Origin: Macrostomum lignano
Lineage: Eukaryota
NCBI GenBank assembly: GCA_002269645.1
Contig: NIVC01001864.1
Coordinates: 1 to 46,752 of the forward strand
DNA length: 46,752 nucleotides
Direction of reading: 5' to 3'
The translations under genes and the position numbers were made by a program. Shown in pieces: positions 16,444 to 29,321 of this stretch. The notes beneath the pieces were generated by a model, which did not search any database, had not been told where the DNA came from, and worked only from the letters and a program-made list of their open reading frames with translations. Numbering within the stretch: position 1 is the first letter of the stretch; each line of letters begins with the position of its first letter.

Positions 16444-19400
16444 TCAAAGCGACTCAGTCCGGCCTTGGCCAGGCGGCGCCAGCACGATTCGAGGAAAAGC
16501 GCGCGCGCTTGCCTGGCGCTCGTTAGGCGTCACCCGGATGCCGTCAAGATCTTGGAGGCGCCGGCCGCACTGGGAGATCACGAAGTGTCTGGCGGGAGGT
16601 TGAGGGGGGTAAGCTGGGCTGCTGATGCTGATTGATAATCTTTGCTGAGAGGCGATGCTAGGCGTTGCTAAGGGGCGATGCTAGGCGTTGCTAAGGGGCG
16701 ATGCTAGGCGTTTCTAAGGGGCGATTATAGGGGTTACTAAGGCTAATTATAGGCGTTGCTAAGGCTAATTATAGGCATTGCTAAGGGTAATTATAGGCGT
16801 TGCTAAAGGACGATTCTTGGCGTTGCTAAGCGGCGTTTCTAGGCGTTGCTAAGGGGCGATTATATTGGTTGCTAAGGGTAATTATAGGCGTTGTTAAGGG
16901 GCGATTCTAGGCGTTGGTAAAAGGCAATTCTAGGCGTTGCTAAGGGGCGATTCTAGGCGTTGCTAAGAGGCGATTCTAGGCGTTGCTAAGGGGCGATTCT
17001 AGGCGTCGCTAAGAGGCGATTCTAGGCGTCGCTAAGGGGCGATTCTAGGCATCGCTAAGGGCGATTCTAGGTGTTGCTAAGAGCCGATTTTAGGCGTTGC
17101 TAAGGGGCGTTTCTAGGCTTTGCTAAGGGGAGATTCTAGGCTAGATGGTGCTAGATGTGATTATCAGGACTATTAGATGCTGAGCAAAATATTATTGGCC
17201 CCACCTGTAGTCCTCGTACTCCTGATAAGAGGCGCCATTAAAATAGCTGGGCGCAGCCGGGTTGTCCATCATGGACAGAGAGGCCAGGCTGGGACAGCAG
17301 CGTATGAGCCTGTGCACGCAGTCGGCCAGATTATGCAAACTGTTCCGATTGAGCCACAGTACGCGAAGTCTCGGCAGATTGGGCAGGTGGGCCAGACAGG
17401 TGAGCCGGTTGCCGTCCAGCACCAGGGTGTCCAATCGGGGCAGGCGGGCCAGCTCGCGCAGGGAGGCATCTGTGAGGCAGTTGCCAGACAGATCCAGCTC
17501 GGTAATCTGGTTGCTAGGCGGTTGCCATAGCGCCTGGGCCGAGGCCAGGTCAGTCAGGCCGCGAAAAGCGAGGGAGATTCGCTGAAAGAAGTTAATTTTA
17601 TTGTAGATCTCCGATCCGCAGTTTCAAATGCGCTTCTAAAAATCCTTAAACCCTGACGAGTTCTACTCCAGCTCTCCTACCTCCTCTACCTGAGCCTCTC
17701 CTACCTCCTCTACCTGAGCCTCTCCTACCTCCTCTACCTGAGCCTCTCCTACCACCTCTACCTGAGCCTCTCCTACCACCTCTACCTGAGCCTCTCCTAC
17801 CTCCTCTACCTGAGCCTCTCCTACCACCTCTACCTGAGCCTCTCCTACCACCTCTACCTGAGCCTCTCCTACCTCCTCTACCTGAGCCTCTCCTACCCCC
17901 TCTACCTGAGCCTTTCCTACCACCTCTACCTGAGCCTCTCCTACCCCCTCTACCTGAGCCTCTCCTACCCCTCTACCTGAGCCTCTCCTACCCCTCTACC
18001 TGAGCCTCTCCTACCACCTCTACCTGAGCCTCTCCTACCCCTCTACCTGAGCCTCTCCTACCCCTCTACCTGAGCCTCTCCTACCACCTCTACCTGAGCC
18101 TTTCCTACCACCTCTACCTGAGCCTCTCCTACCCCCTCTACCTGAGCCTTTCCTACCACCTCTACCTGAGCCTCTCCTAACCCTCTACCTGAGCCTCTCC
18201 TACCCCTCTACCTGAGCCTCTCCTACCCCTCTACCTGAGCCTCTCCTACCCCTCTACCTGAGCCTCTCCTACCACCTCTACCTGAGCCTTTCCTACCACC
18301 TCTAACTGAGCCTCTCCTACCCCCTCTACCTGAGCCTTTCCTACCACCTCTACCTGAGCCTCTCCTAACCCTCTAGCTGAGCCTCTCCTACCCCTCTACC
18401 TGAGCCTCTCCTACCCCTCTACCTGAGCCTCTCCTACCACCTCTACCTGAGCCTTTCCTACCACCTCTACCTGAGCCTTTCCTACCACCTCTACCTGAGC
18501 CTCTCCTAACCCTCTAGCTGAGCCTCTCCTACCCTCTACCTGAGCCTCTACTACCCTCTACCTGAGCCTCTCCTACCCCTCTACATGAGCCTCTCCTACC
18601 CCTCTACCTGAGCCTCTCCTACCTCCTCTACCTGAGCCTCTCCTACCCCTCTACCTGAGCCTCTCCTACCCCTCTACCTGAGCCTCTCCTACCTCCTCTA
18701 CCTGAGCCTCTCCTACCACCTCTACCTGAGCCTCTCCTACCTCCTCTACCTGAGCCTCTCCTACCCCTCTACCTGAGCCTCTCCTACCACCTCTACCTGA
18801 GCCTTTCCTACCACCTCTACCTGAGCCTCTCCTACCCTCTACCTGAGCCTCTCCTACCACCTCTACCTGAGCCTCTCCTACCACCTCTACCTGAGCCTCT
18901 CCTACCACCTCTACCTGAGCCTTTCCTACCACCTCTACCTGAGCCTCTCCTACCCCCTCTACCTGAGCCTTTCCTACCACCTCTACCTGAGCCTCTCCTA
19001 ACCCTCTACCTGAGCCTCTACTACCCTCTACCTGAGCCTCTCCTACCCCTCTACATGAGCCTCTCCTACCCCTCTACCTGAGCCTCTCCTACCCCCTCTA
19101 CCTGAGCCTCTCCTACCCCCTCTACCTGAGCCTTTCCTACCACCTCTACCTGAGCCTCTCCTAACCCTCTAGCTGAGCCTCTCCTACCCTCTACCTGAGC
19201 CTCTACTACCCTCTACCTGAGCCTCTCCTACCCCTCTACATGAGCCTCTCCTACCCCTCTACCTGAGCCTCTCCTACCCCCTCTACCTGAGCCTCTCCTA
19301 CCCCCTCTACCTGAGCCTCAGCTACCCCTCTACCTGGGCCTCTCCTACCCCTTTTACCTGAGCCTCTCCTACCCCTTTTACCTGAGCCTCTCCTACCCCT

Positions 19401-22400
19401 TTTACCTGAGCCTCTCCTACCCCTTTTACCTGAGCCTCTCCTACCCCTTTTACCTGAGCCTCTCCTAACCCTCTAGCTGAGCCTCTCCTAACCCTCTAGC
19501 TGAGCCTCTCCTAACCCTCTAGCTGAGCCTCTCCTACCCTCTACCTGAGCCTCTACTACCCTCTACCTGAGCCTCTCCTACCCCTTTTACCTGAGCCTCT
19601 CCTACCCCTTTTACCTGAGCCTCTCCTACCCCTTTTACCTGAGCCTCTCCTACCCCTTTTACCTGAGCCTCTCCTACCCCTCTACCTGAGCCTCTCCTAC
19701 CCCTCTACCTGAGCCTCTCCTACCTCCTCTACCTGAGCCTCTCCTACCACCTCTACCTGAGCCTCTCCTACCTCCTCTACCTGAGCCTCTCCTACCCCTC
19801 TACCTGAGCCTCTCCTACCACCTCTACCTGAGCCTTTCCTACCACCTCTACCTGAGCCTCTCCTACCCTCTACCTGAGCCTCTCCTACCACCTCTACCTG
19901 AGCCTCTCCTACCACCTCTACCTGAGCCTCTCCTACCACCTCTACCTGAGCCTCTCCTACCACCTCTACCTGAGCCTTTCCTACCACCTCTACCTGAGCC
20001 TCTCCTACCCCCTCTACCTGAGCCTTTCCTACCACCTCTACCTGAGCCTCTCCTAACCCTCTACCTGAGCCTCTACTACCCTCTACCTGAGCCTCTCCTA
20101 CCCCTCTACATGAGCCTCTCCTACCCCTCTACCTGAGCCTCTCCTACCCCTCTACCTGAGCCTCTCCTACCCCCTCTACCTGAGCCTTTCCTACCACCTC
20201 TACCTGAGCCTCTCCTAACCCTCTAGCTGAGCCTCTCCTACCCTCTACCTGAGCCTCTACTACCCTCTACCTGAGCCTCTCCTACCCCTCTACATGAGCC
20301 TCTCCTACCCCTCTACCTGAGCCTCTCCTACCCCTCTACCTGAGCCTCTCCTACCCCCTCTACCTGAGCCTCAGCTACCCCTCTACCTGGGCCTCTCCTA
20401 CCCCTTTTACCTGAGCCTCTCCTACCCCTTTTACCTGAGCCTCTCCTACCCCTTTTACCTGAGCCTCTCCTACCCCTTTTACCTGAGCCTCTCCTACCCC
20501 TTTTACCTGAGCCTCTCCTAACCCTCTAGCTGAGCCTCTCCTAACCCTCTAGCTGAGCCTCTCCTAACCCTCTAGCTGAGCCTCTCCTACCCTCTACCTG
20601 AGCCTCTACTACCCTCTACCTGAGCCTCTCCTACCCCTTTTACCTGAGCCTCTCCTACCCCTTTTACCTGAGCCTCTCCTACCCCTTTTACCTGAGCCTC
20701 TCCTACCCCTTTTACCTGAGCCTCTCCTACCCCTCTACCTGAGCCTCTCCTACCCCTCTACCTGAGCCTCTCCTACCTCCTCTACCTGAGCCTCTCCTAC
20801 CACCTCTACCTGAGCCTCTCCTACCTCCTCTACCTGAGCCTCTCCTACCCCTCTACCTGAGCCTCTCCTACCACCTCTACCTGAGCCTTTCCTACCACCT
20901 CTACCTGAGCCTCTCCTACCCTCTACCTGAGCCTCTCCTACCACCTCTACCTGAGCCTCTCCTACCACCTCTACCTGAGCCTCTCCTACCACCTCTACCT
21001 GAGCCTCTCCTACCACCTCTACCTGAGCCTTTCCTACCACCTCTACCTGAGCCTCTCCTACCCCCTCTACCTGAGCCTTTCCTACCACCTCTACCTGAGC
21101 CTCTCCTAACCCTCTACCTGAGCCTCTACTACCCTCTACCTGAGCCTCTCCTACCCCTCTACATGAGCCTCTCCTACCCCTCTACCTGAGCCTCTCCTAC
21201 CCCTCTACCTGAGCCTCTCCTACCCCCTCTACCTGAGCCTTTCCTACCACCTCTACCTGAGCCTCTCCTAACCCTCTAGCTGAGCCTCTCCTACCCTCTA
21301 CCTGAGCCTCTACTACCCTCTACCTGAGCCTCTCCTACCCCTCTACATGAGCCTCTCCTACCCCTCTACCTGAGCCTCTCCTACCCCCTCTACCTGAGCC
21401 TCTCCTACCCCCTCTACCTGAGCCTCAGCTACCCCTCTACCTGGGCCTCTCCTACCCCTTTTACCTGAGCCTCTCCTACCCCTTTTACCTGAGCCTCTCC
21501 TACCCCTTTTACCTGAGCCTCTCCTACCCCTTTTACCTGAGCCTCTCCTACCCCTTTTACCTGAGCCTCTCCTAACCCTCTAGCTGAGCCTCTCCTAACC
21601 CTCTAGCTGAGCCTCTCCTAACCCTCTAGCTGAGCCTCTCCTACCCTCTACCTGAGCCTCTACTACCCTCTACCTGAGCCTCTCCTACCCCTTTTACCTG
21701 AGCCTCTCCTACCCCTTTTACCTGAGCCTCTCCTACCCCTTTTACCTGAGCCTCTCCTACCCCTTTTACCTGAGCCTCTCCTACCCCTCTACCTGAGCCT
21801 CTCCTACCCCTCTACCTGAGCCTCTCCTACCTCCTCTACCTGAGCCTCTCCTACCACCTCTACCTGAGCCTCTCCTACCTCCTCTACCTGAGCCTCTCCT
21901 ACCCCTCTACCTGAGCCTCTCCTACCACCTCTACCTGAGCCTTTCCTACCACCTCTACCTGAGCCTCTCCTACCACCTCTACCTGAGCCTCTCCTACCAC
22001 CTCTACCTGAGCCTCTCCTACCACCTCTACCTGAGCCTCTCCTACCACCTCTACCTGAGCCTCTCCTACCACCTCTACCTGAGCCTTTCCTACCACCTCT
22101 ACCTGAGCCTCTCCTACCCCCTCTACCTGAGCCTTTCCTACCACCTCTACCTGAGCCTCTCCTAACCCTCTACCTGAGCCTCTACTACCCTCTACCTGAG
22201 CCTCTCCTACCCCTCTACATGAGCCTCTCCTACCCCTCTACCTGAGCCTCTCCTACCCCTCTACCTGAGCCTCTCCTACCCCTCTACCTGAGCCTTTCCT
22301 ACCACCTCTACCTGAGCCTCTCCTAACCCTCTAGCTGAGCCTCTCCTACCCTCTACCTGAGCCTCTACTACCCTCTACCTGAGCCTCTCCTACCCCTCTA

Positions 22401-24573
22401 CATGAGCCTCTCCTACCCCTCTACCTGAGCCTCTCCTACCCCCTCTACCTGAGCCTCTCCTACCCCTCTACCTGAGCCTCAGCTACCCTCTACCTGGGCC
22501 TCTCCTACCCCTTTTACCTGAGCCTCTCCTACCCCTTTTACCTGAGCCTCTCCTACCCCTTTTACCTGAGCCTCTCCTACCCCTTTTACCTGAGCCTCTC
22601 CTACCCCTTTTACCTGAGCCTCTCCTAACCCTCTAGCTGAGCCTCTCCTAACCCTCTAGCTGAGCCTCTCCTAACCCTCTAGCTGAGCCTCTCCTACCCT
22701 CTACCTGAGCCTCTACTACCCTCTACCTGAGCCTCTCCTACCCCTTTTACCTGAGCCTCTCCTACCCCTTTTACCTGAGCCTCTCCTACCCCTTTTACCT
22801 GAGCCTCTCCTACCCCTTTTACCTGAGCCTCTCCTACCCCTCTACCTGAGCCTCTCCTACCCCTCTACCTGAGCCTCTCCTACCTCCTCTACCTGAGCCT
22901 CTCCTACCACCTCTACCTGAGCCTCTCCTACCTCCTCTACCTGAGCCTCTCCTACCCCTCTACCTGAGCCTCTCCTACCACCTCTACCTGAGCCTTTCCT
23001 ACCACCTCTACCTGAGCCTCTCCTACCACCTCTACCTGAGCCTCTCCTACCACCTCTACCTGAGCCTCTCCTACCACCTCTACCTGAGCCTCTCCTACCA
23101 CCTCTACCTGAGCCTCTCCTACCACCTCTACCTGAGCCTTTCCTACCACCTCTACCTGAGCCTCTCCTACCCCCTCTACCTGAGCCTTTCCTACCACCTC
23201 TACCTGAGCCTCTCCTAACCCTCTACCTGAGCCTCTACTACCCTCTACCTGAGCCTCTCCTACCCCTCTACATGAGCCTCTCCTACCCCTCTACCTGAGC
23301 CTCTCCTACCCCCTCTACCTGAGCCTCTCCTACCCCCTCTACCTGAGCCTCAGCTACCCCTCTACCTGGGCCTCTCCTACCCCTTTTACCTGAGCCTCTC
23401 CTACCTCCTCTACCTGAGCCTCTCCTACCACCTCTACCTGAGCCTCTCCTACCACCTCTACCTGAGCCTCTCCTACCTCCTCTACCTGAGCCTCTCCTAC
23501 CACCTCTACCTGAGCCTCTCCTACCACCTCTACCTGAGCCTCTCCTACCACCTCTACCTGAGCCTCTCCTACCTCCTCTACCTGAGCCTCTCCTACCACC
23601 TCTACCTGAGCCTCTCCTACCACCTCTACCTGAGCCTCTCCTACCACCTCTACCTGAGCCTTTCCTACCACCTCTACCTGAGCCTCTCCTACCCCCTCTA
23701 CCTGAGCCTTTCCTACCACCTCTACCTGAGCCTCTCCTAACCCTCTAGCTGAGCCTCTCCTACCCTCTACCTGAGCCTCTACTACCCTCTACCTGAGCCT
23801 CTCCTACCCCTCTACATGAGCCTCTCCTACCCCTCTACCTGAGCCTCTCCTACCCCCTCTACCTGAGCCTCTCCTACCCCCTCTACCTGAGCCTCAGCTA
23901 CCCCTCTACCTGGGCCTCTCCTACCCCTTTTACCTGAGCCTCTCCTACCCCTTTTACCTGAGCCTCTCCTACCCCTTTTACCTGAGCCTCTCCTACCCCT
24001 TTTACCTGAGCCTCTCCTAACCCTCTAGCTGAGCCTCTCCTAACCCTCTAGCTGAGCCTCTCCTAACCCTCTAGCTGAGCCTCTCCTACCCTCTACCTGA
24101 GCCTCTACTACCCTCTACCTGAGCCTCTCCTACCCCTTTTACCTGAGCCTCTCCTACCCCTTTTACCTGAGCCTCTCCTACCCCTTTTACCTGAGCCTCT
24201 CCTACCCCTTTTACCTGAGCCTCTCCTACCCCTTTTACCTGAGCCTCTCCTAACCCTCTAGCTGAGCCTCTCCTAACCCTCTAGCTGAGCCTCTCCTAAC
24301 CCTCTAGCTGAGCCTCTCCTACCCTCTACCTGAGCCTCTACTACCCTCTACCTGAGCCTCTCCTACCCCTCTACATGAGCCTCTCCTACCCCTCTACCTG
24401 AGCCTCTTCTACTCCTCTACCTGGGCTTCTCCTACCCCCTCTACCTGAGCTTCTCCTACATGTGCTTTTTTTACCGTGAAATCTCCTAACGGCCTCTACC
24501 AAGTCTCTCCTCCCCTCTCTACCAAGCTGCTCTCTGTTACCTCTCGAATTCTATCCACCAAAAGCCTTCGGAA
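16444..24573 (-). CDS. LRMDA: Leucine-rich melanocyte differentiation-associated protein-like (C10orf11)
   Basis: Exons 17581-17205 and 16588-16444, plus a likely 33-nt first exon at 24573-24541. LRRs followed by the family motif SMMDNPAAPSYFNGASYQEYEDYR|HFVISQ..LQDLDG..VTPNER. No genomic ATG was found (see findings). Confidence 0.8.
16670..17140. repeat. 23-bp minisatellite (TAGGCGTTGCTAAGGGGCGATTC)n
   Basis: Seen directly; in an LRMDA intron. Confidence 0.92.
17664..24460. repeat. 6.8-kb satellite of 22-24-bp units (CTCTACCTGAGCCTCTCCTACCNC) with a ~1,053-bp higher-order repeat
   Basis: The variant unit CAGCTACCCCTCTACCTGGGCC recurs at ~19321, 20374, 21428, 22482, 23353 and 23897. Confidence 0.96.
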
Positions 24574-24794
24574 CTATTCGGACACACAAGATGAGTAAAA
24601 AAATCAACTACACACACAAAAGTCCAGACCAAAAATTCAACACGCGCAGTTAAATTTAGTTTTATCATCAACGCGACAGTTTTGCGCAATTTTTATAGTT
24701 TCAGCTATAACAGCCTATTCAATTTTCTAAATATCAACTCAGTCTGCCTGTCCGCTATTCCGCACGCAAGACCATACCAGCTGCATGGTAACTA

Positions 24795-26889
24795 CTAGGA
24801 GATCTGCGCCGATTTCAGGCTGGGCGCACGGACCTCGCCTTGGCCGGCTACCAGCCAGCGGGCGCCGTTAAATCCGGCGTAGCCGTCCGCATCCACAAGA
24901 CAGTGTGGCTTCAGTGCCTCCCAGATCTTCTTCTTCGGATTGAGCTGCGCGTCTGGAGGCCGCTCGGCCGGACTCGGACAGCCGGCCACGGACACGCGAT
25001 CGCCGGGCGAGACGCCGGACGGAGGCGACAGGATTTCGACTTTACCGGAAGCGGAAGCGCACATGATCATGCCTTCGCTGGAGATGCCGCGCATTTTGGC
25101 CGGCTTCAGGTTCAGCAGGAAGACGGCTAGCCGGCCTGAAGCAGATCAGGGTGAGAAAGGCAAAGTATAGCGTGCAGGAAATATTTGAAGCAACGACTTG
25201 ATTTATGGGGCAGAAAATTTGGGATGCCAGAAGCAGAGTTGATGGAGCAGCAATTGTGGGATGCTGGAAGCAGAGTTGATGGAGGAGCAATTGTGGGATG
25301 CTGGAAGCAGAGTTGATGGAGGAGCAATTGTGGGATGCTGGAAGCATCAATTGCACAGTTGATGGAGAAGCAATTGTGGGATGCTGGAAGCAGAGTTGAT
25401 GGAGCAGCAATTGTGGGGATGCTGGAAGCAGAGTTGATGGAGGAGCAATTGTGGGATGCTGGAAGCATCAATTGCACAGTTGATGGAGAAGCAATTGTGG
25501 GATGCTGGAAGCAGAGTTGATGGAGCAGCAATTGTGGGGATGCTGGAAGCAGAGTTGATGGAGGAGCAATTGTAGGGATGCTGTAGGAGTACCAAAAATC
25601 AGCAAGCCCCCTTCATACCCTGCAGTTCGGGCAGTGGAACATGCGCAGCCAGGCCGCTCACAATGGTTCGCGGCCGCTCCTCGCCAACGTCGACAGTTTC
25701 AACGTAGAGCGCATCGGCGTCCGGGTGCTTCTCGGCGGACACAATGCGGCCAACTCGAAGGTCCAGCCTGGTCACGTCGAGACCGCCGTCGGCGGCAGTG
25801 GGTTCTTTGCCAGCGGTCTTCTTCGACTCGGCTGGCTTGCCGGAATCCTTGGCTTGTCCGGCAGCCTGTGGAAACATTGATTCGATGTATAAATAATTAT
25901 AGCCATCAAGTGCAACTACCGGCGCGGAAATTTACACCCATATAAAAACAAAAAAAGATATTTGCAATATCAAGATCCTCAGCTGCAGGTAGTGTATTTT
26001 TTCATCGTAAAAAGTCGTTACTGGTTCTAATTACTAAGTTTAACTACTAATATATGTGCCTAAATTTTATACATACGAGACTCACTTCACATTCTTTACT
26101 GACTACTATTCAGTAGGCGATCCTATATGCAGTAGTTCAATCAAATCTACACCAACTCTGCTTCCAGCATCCCACAATTGCTGCTCCATCACTCTGCTTC
26201 CAGCATCCCCCAAATTGATGCTCCATCAACTCTGCTTCCTGCATACCACGATTGCTGCTCCATCAACTCTGCTTCCTGCATCCCACAATTGCTGCTCCAT
26301 CAACTCTTGCTTCCTGCATACCACGATTGCTGCTCCATCAACTCTGCTTCCTGCATACCACGATTGCTGCTCCATAAACTCTGCTTCCAGCATCCCACAA
26401 TTGCTGCTCCATAAACTCTGCTTCCAGCATCCCACAATTGCTGCTCCATCAACTATGCTTCAAGCATCCCACAATACTGTTGAGTGTACCTACCTTGCCC
26501 GGCTTTTTATTAGAAGCAGCAGCAGTAGCAGCGGTGGCGGCGCTGCCGGCTTTGGAATCTGCTTTGGGCTTCTCAGCGGCAGCGCTAGGCGTCGGAGCCG
26601 CTACCGTCGCTGAGGCCGACGCAGACGACGGCGGCTCCGGACGAAGCAGCGGCACCTGGGCGACGCCGTTGCGCATCTGCAGCCGGATCATTTCGTCGCG
26701 CAGACGGTCGGCTTCGGCGCGCAGCTCGGCGTTCTCGGCGATCAGCTGATCGCGCAGCTGCTGCCGCTGCTGGCTGGCGGCGTCGCCAGTGGACTTGGCG
26801 GCGGCCGACTGAAGCATCGCCAGCTGGCCGCGCACCTCGGCCAGGAGCTCCTGGGCCAGCTGTTGCTGCTGTTGAGCCGCAGTTGCCAT
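24795..26889 (-). CDS. AIMP1: Aminoacyl-tRNA synthetase complex-interacting multifunctional protein 1 (p43/EMAPII, tRNA-binding OB fold)
   Basis: Exons 26889-26494, 25865-25619, 25135-24795. N-terminal coiled coil ENAELRAE...[10 protein letters not shown] fold [68 protein letters not shown]. Confidence 0.93.
25222..25585 (+). repeat. 37-bp minisatellite (GGATGCTGGAAGCAGAGTTGATGGAGGAGCAATTGTG)n, AIMP1 intron 2
   Basis: Seen directly. Confidence 0.93.
26150..26472 (-). repeat. Same 37-bp minisatellite in inverted orientation, AIMP1 intron 1
   Basis: The unit CACAATTGCTGCTCCATCAACTCTGCTTCCAGCATCC is the reverse complement of the 25222-25585 unit. Confidence 0.92.
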
Positions 26890-26949
26890 GCAAATAATAA
26901 GTAGTGGAGTTATAATATGAAGTCTAATATGGACTTTAGTAGTGAAGTG

Positions 26950-27318
26950 GGGCGGCAGCCACTGGAGGACCTGAGGAGGGGAAGCAGCAGCCACTGGAGG
27001 ACCTGAGGAGGGGAAGCGGCAGCCACTGGAGGACCTGAGGAGGGAAAGCGACAGCCACTGGAGGACCTGAGGAGGGGAAGCGGCAGCCACTGGAGGACCT
27101 GAGGAGGGGAAGCAGCAGCCACTGGAGGACCTGAGGAGGGGAAGCGGCAGCCACTGGAGGACCTGAGGAGGGAAAGCAGCAGCTACTGGAGGACCTGAGG
27201 AGGGGAAGCGGCAGCCACTGGAGGACCTGAGGAGGGAAGCGGCAGCCAATGGAAGACCTGAGGGGAAGCGGCAGCCACTGGAGGACCTGAGGAGGGGAAG
27301 CAGCAGCCACTGGAGGAA
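26950..27318. repeat. 31/32-bp minisatellite (GCAGCCACTGGAGGACCTGAGGAGGGGAAGCG)n
   Basis: Seen directly; just upstream of the AIMP1 ATG. Confidence 0.93.
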
Positions 27319-28061
27319 GAAAAACAGCTGTGATGAAAAAAAGTGTATACAAACAATTTAATATTATACTTTGAAGACCAAATTATATGTAGAGATAATA
27401 TTTATCATTAATTTATCAACGAAAAAATCGTTTTGAGTTGTATTTTAATTTTATGGTTACCAAATCCAACGCGAAGGTAATATTTTAAAAATGAACAAGT
27501 TGCTTAATTAAAACAAATAAAAATTAAAGACTGTTATATTTAAACTAATTTTTTCAGTTATCAATCCTGCCATATACCAGAATGTAATTGAAAAATAATA
27601 ACTTATTTATCACTGGGAATTACTGATACTCGTATAAAGAAACAACAGTACTGGATAATAATAGTAATTACAGAAAAGCATAAACAGAAGTTTAGCGTGA
27701 ATGGAAAGACAGGCAAATTACAACACAAACACAAAAATACAATTAATGAAAAAACACATATTGCTACGAAAGCTCTCACAAGATGCCAATATGTTTTATA
27801 TGTGCAATTACGAAATGAAGATCATTAGATAGCTTTGTTGGAAAACTCTTAATAATATCAACAGAAATAATGATGTATATAGTAAACATAACATCCGGAT
27901 AGGTGAGATGTCAACACATCCACACAGCCAGACAGCCAAGCATAAACAAATAAAACATGCAATTTCACCATCTAAAACAAACAATGCATATTGCTATCAG
28001 TTCTATCTTACCGCACGGAAACTATGAGCAATGAGATTAATATAATAGGAGCGGGAAACCA

Positions 28062-29262
28062 AGGTGTAATCTGCCAGGTGTGTTACAGGGCGATTCTACC
28101 CACCGGAGAGAGAGAGAGCAGTGTAGTCTGCCAGGTGTGTTACAGGGCGATTCTACCCACCGGAGAGAGAGAGCAGTGTAGTCTGCCAGGTGTGTTACAG
28201 AGCGATTCTACCCACCGGAGAGAGAGAGCAGTGTAGTCTGCCAGGTGTGTTACAGGGCGATTCTACCCACCGGAGAGAGAGAGCAGTGTAGTCTGCCAGG
28301 TGTGTTACAGGGCGATTCTACCCACCGGAGAGAGAGCAGTGTAATCTGCCAGGTGTGTTACAGAGCGATTCTACCCACCGGAGAGCACAGTGTAATCTGC
28401 CAGGTGTGTTACAGGGCGATTCTACCCACCGGAGAGAGAGCAGTGTAGTCTGCCAGGTGTGTTACAGGACGATTCTACCCACCGGAGAGAGAGAACAGTG
28501 TAATCTGCCAGGTGTGTTACAGGGCGATTCTACCCACCGGAGAGAGAGAACAGTGTAATCTGCCAGGGTGTTACAGGGCGATTCTACCCAACAGAGAGAG
28601 AGCAGTGTAGTCTGCCAGGTGTGTTACAGGGCGATTCTACCCAACAAAGAGAGAGCAGTGTAGTCTGCCAGGTGTTCCAGGGCGATTCTACCCAACAAAG
28701 AGAGAGCAGTGTAGTCTGCCAGGTGTTCCAGGGCGATTCTACCCAACAAAGAGAGAGCAGTGTAGTCTGCCAGGTGTGTTACAGGGCGATTCTACCCAAC
28801 AAAGAGAGAGCAGTGTAGTCTGCCAGGTGTTCCAGGGCGATTCTACCCAACAAAGAGAGAGCAGTGTAGTCTGCCAGGTGTGTTACAGGGCGATTCTACC
28901 CAACAAAGAGAGAGCAGTGTAGTCTGCCAGGTGTGTTACAGGGCGATTCTACCCAACAAAGAGAGAGCAGTGTAGTCTGCCAGGTGTGTTACAGGGCGAT
29001 TCTACCCAACAAAGAGAGAGCAGTGTAGTCTGCCAGGTGTTCCAGGGCGATTCTACCCAACAAAGAGAGAGCAGTGTAGCCTGCCAGGTGTGTTACAGGG
29101 CGATTCTACCCACCGGAGAGAGAGAGCAGTGTAGTCTGCCAGGTGTGTTACAGGGCGATTCTACCCAACGGAGAGAGAGAGCAGTGTAGTCTGCCAGGTG
29201 TGTTACAGGGCGATTCTACCCAACGGAGAGAGAGAGCAGTGTAGTCTGCCAGGTGTGTTACA
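28062..29262. repeat. 51-55-bp minisatellite (GTGTAGTCTGCCAGGTGTGTTACAGGGCGATTCTACCCACCGGAGAGAGAGAGCA)n
   Basis: Seen directly; ends ~60 nt past the BLZF1 stop. Confidence 0.95.
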
Positions 29263-29321
29263 TGGAAACAGTAGCAGGATCTTCCTTTATTGATTCAACG
29301 AAGCCCAACAAAGTCCGGCAG

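Noticed and set aside
18170-24310. CTAACCCT (telomere-template-like) in variant satellite units
   Set aside because: A single-base variant of the satellite unit; never forms tandem TTAGGG.
26887-26897. TTATTTGCATG at the AIMP1 start, reminiscent of a flatworm spliced-leader 3' end
   Set aside because: Short AT-rich similarity only; no following GT donor, Sm site or rest of an SL RNA.
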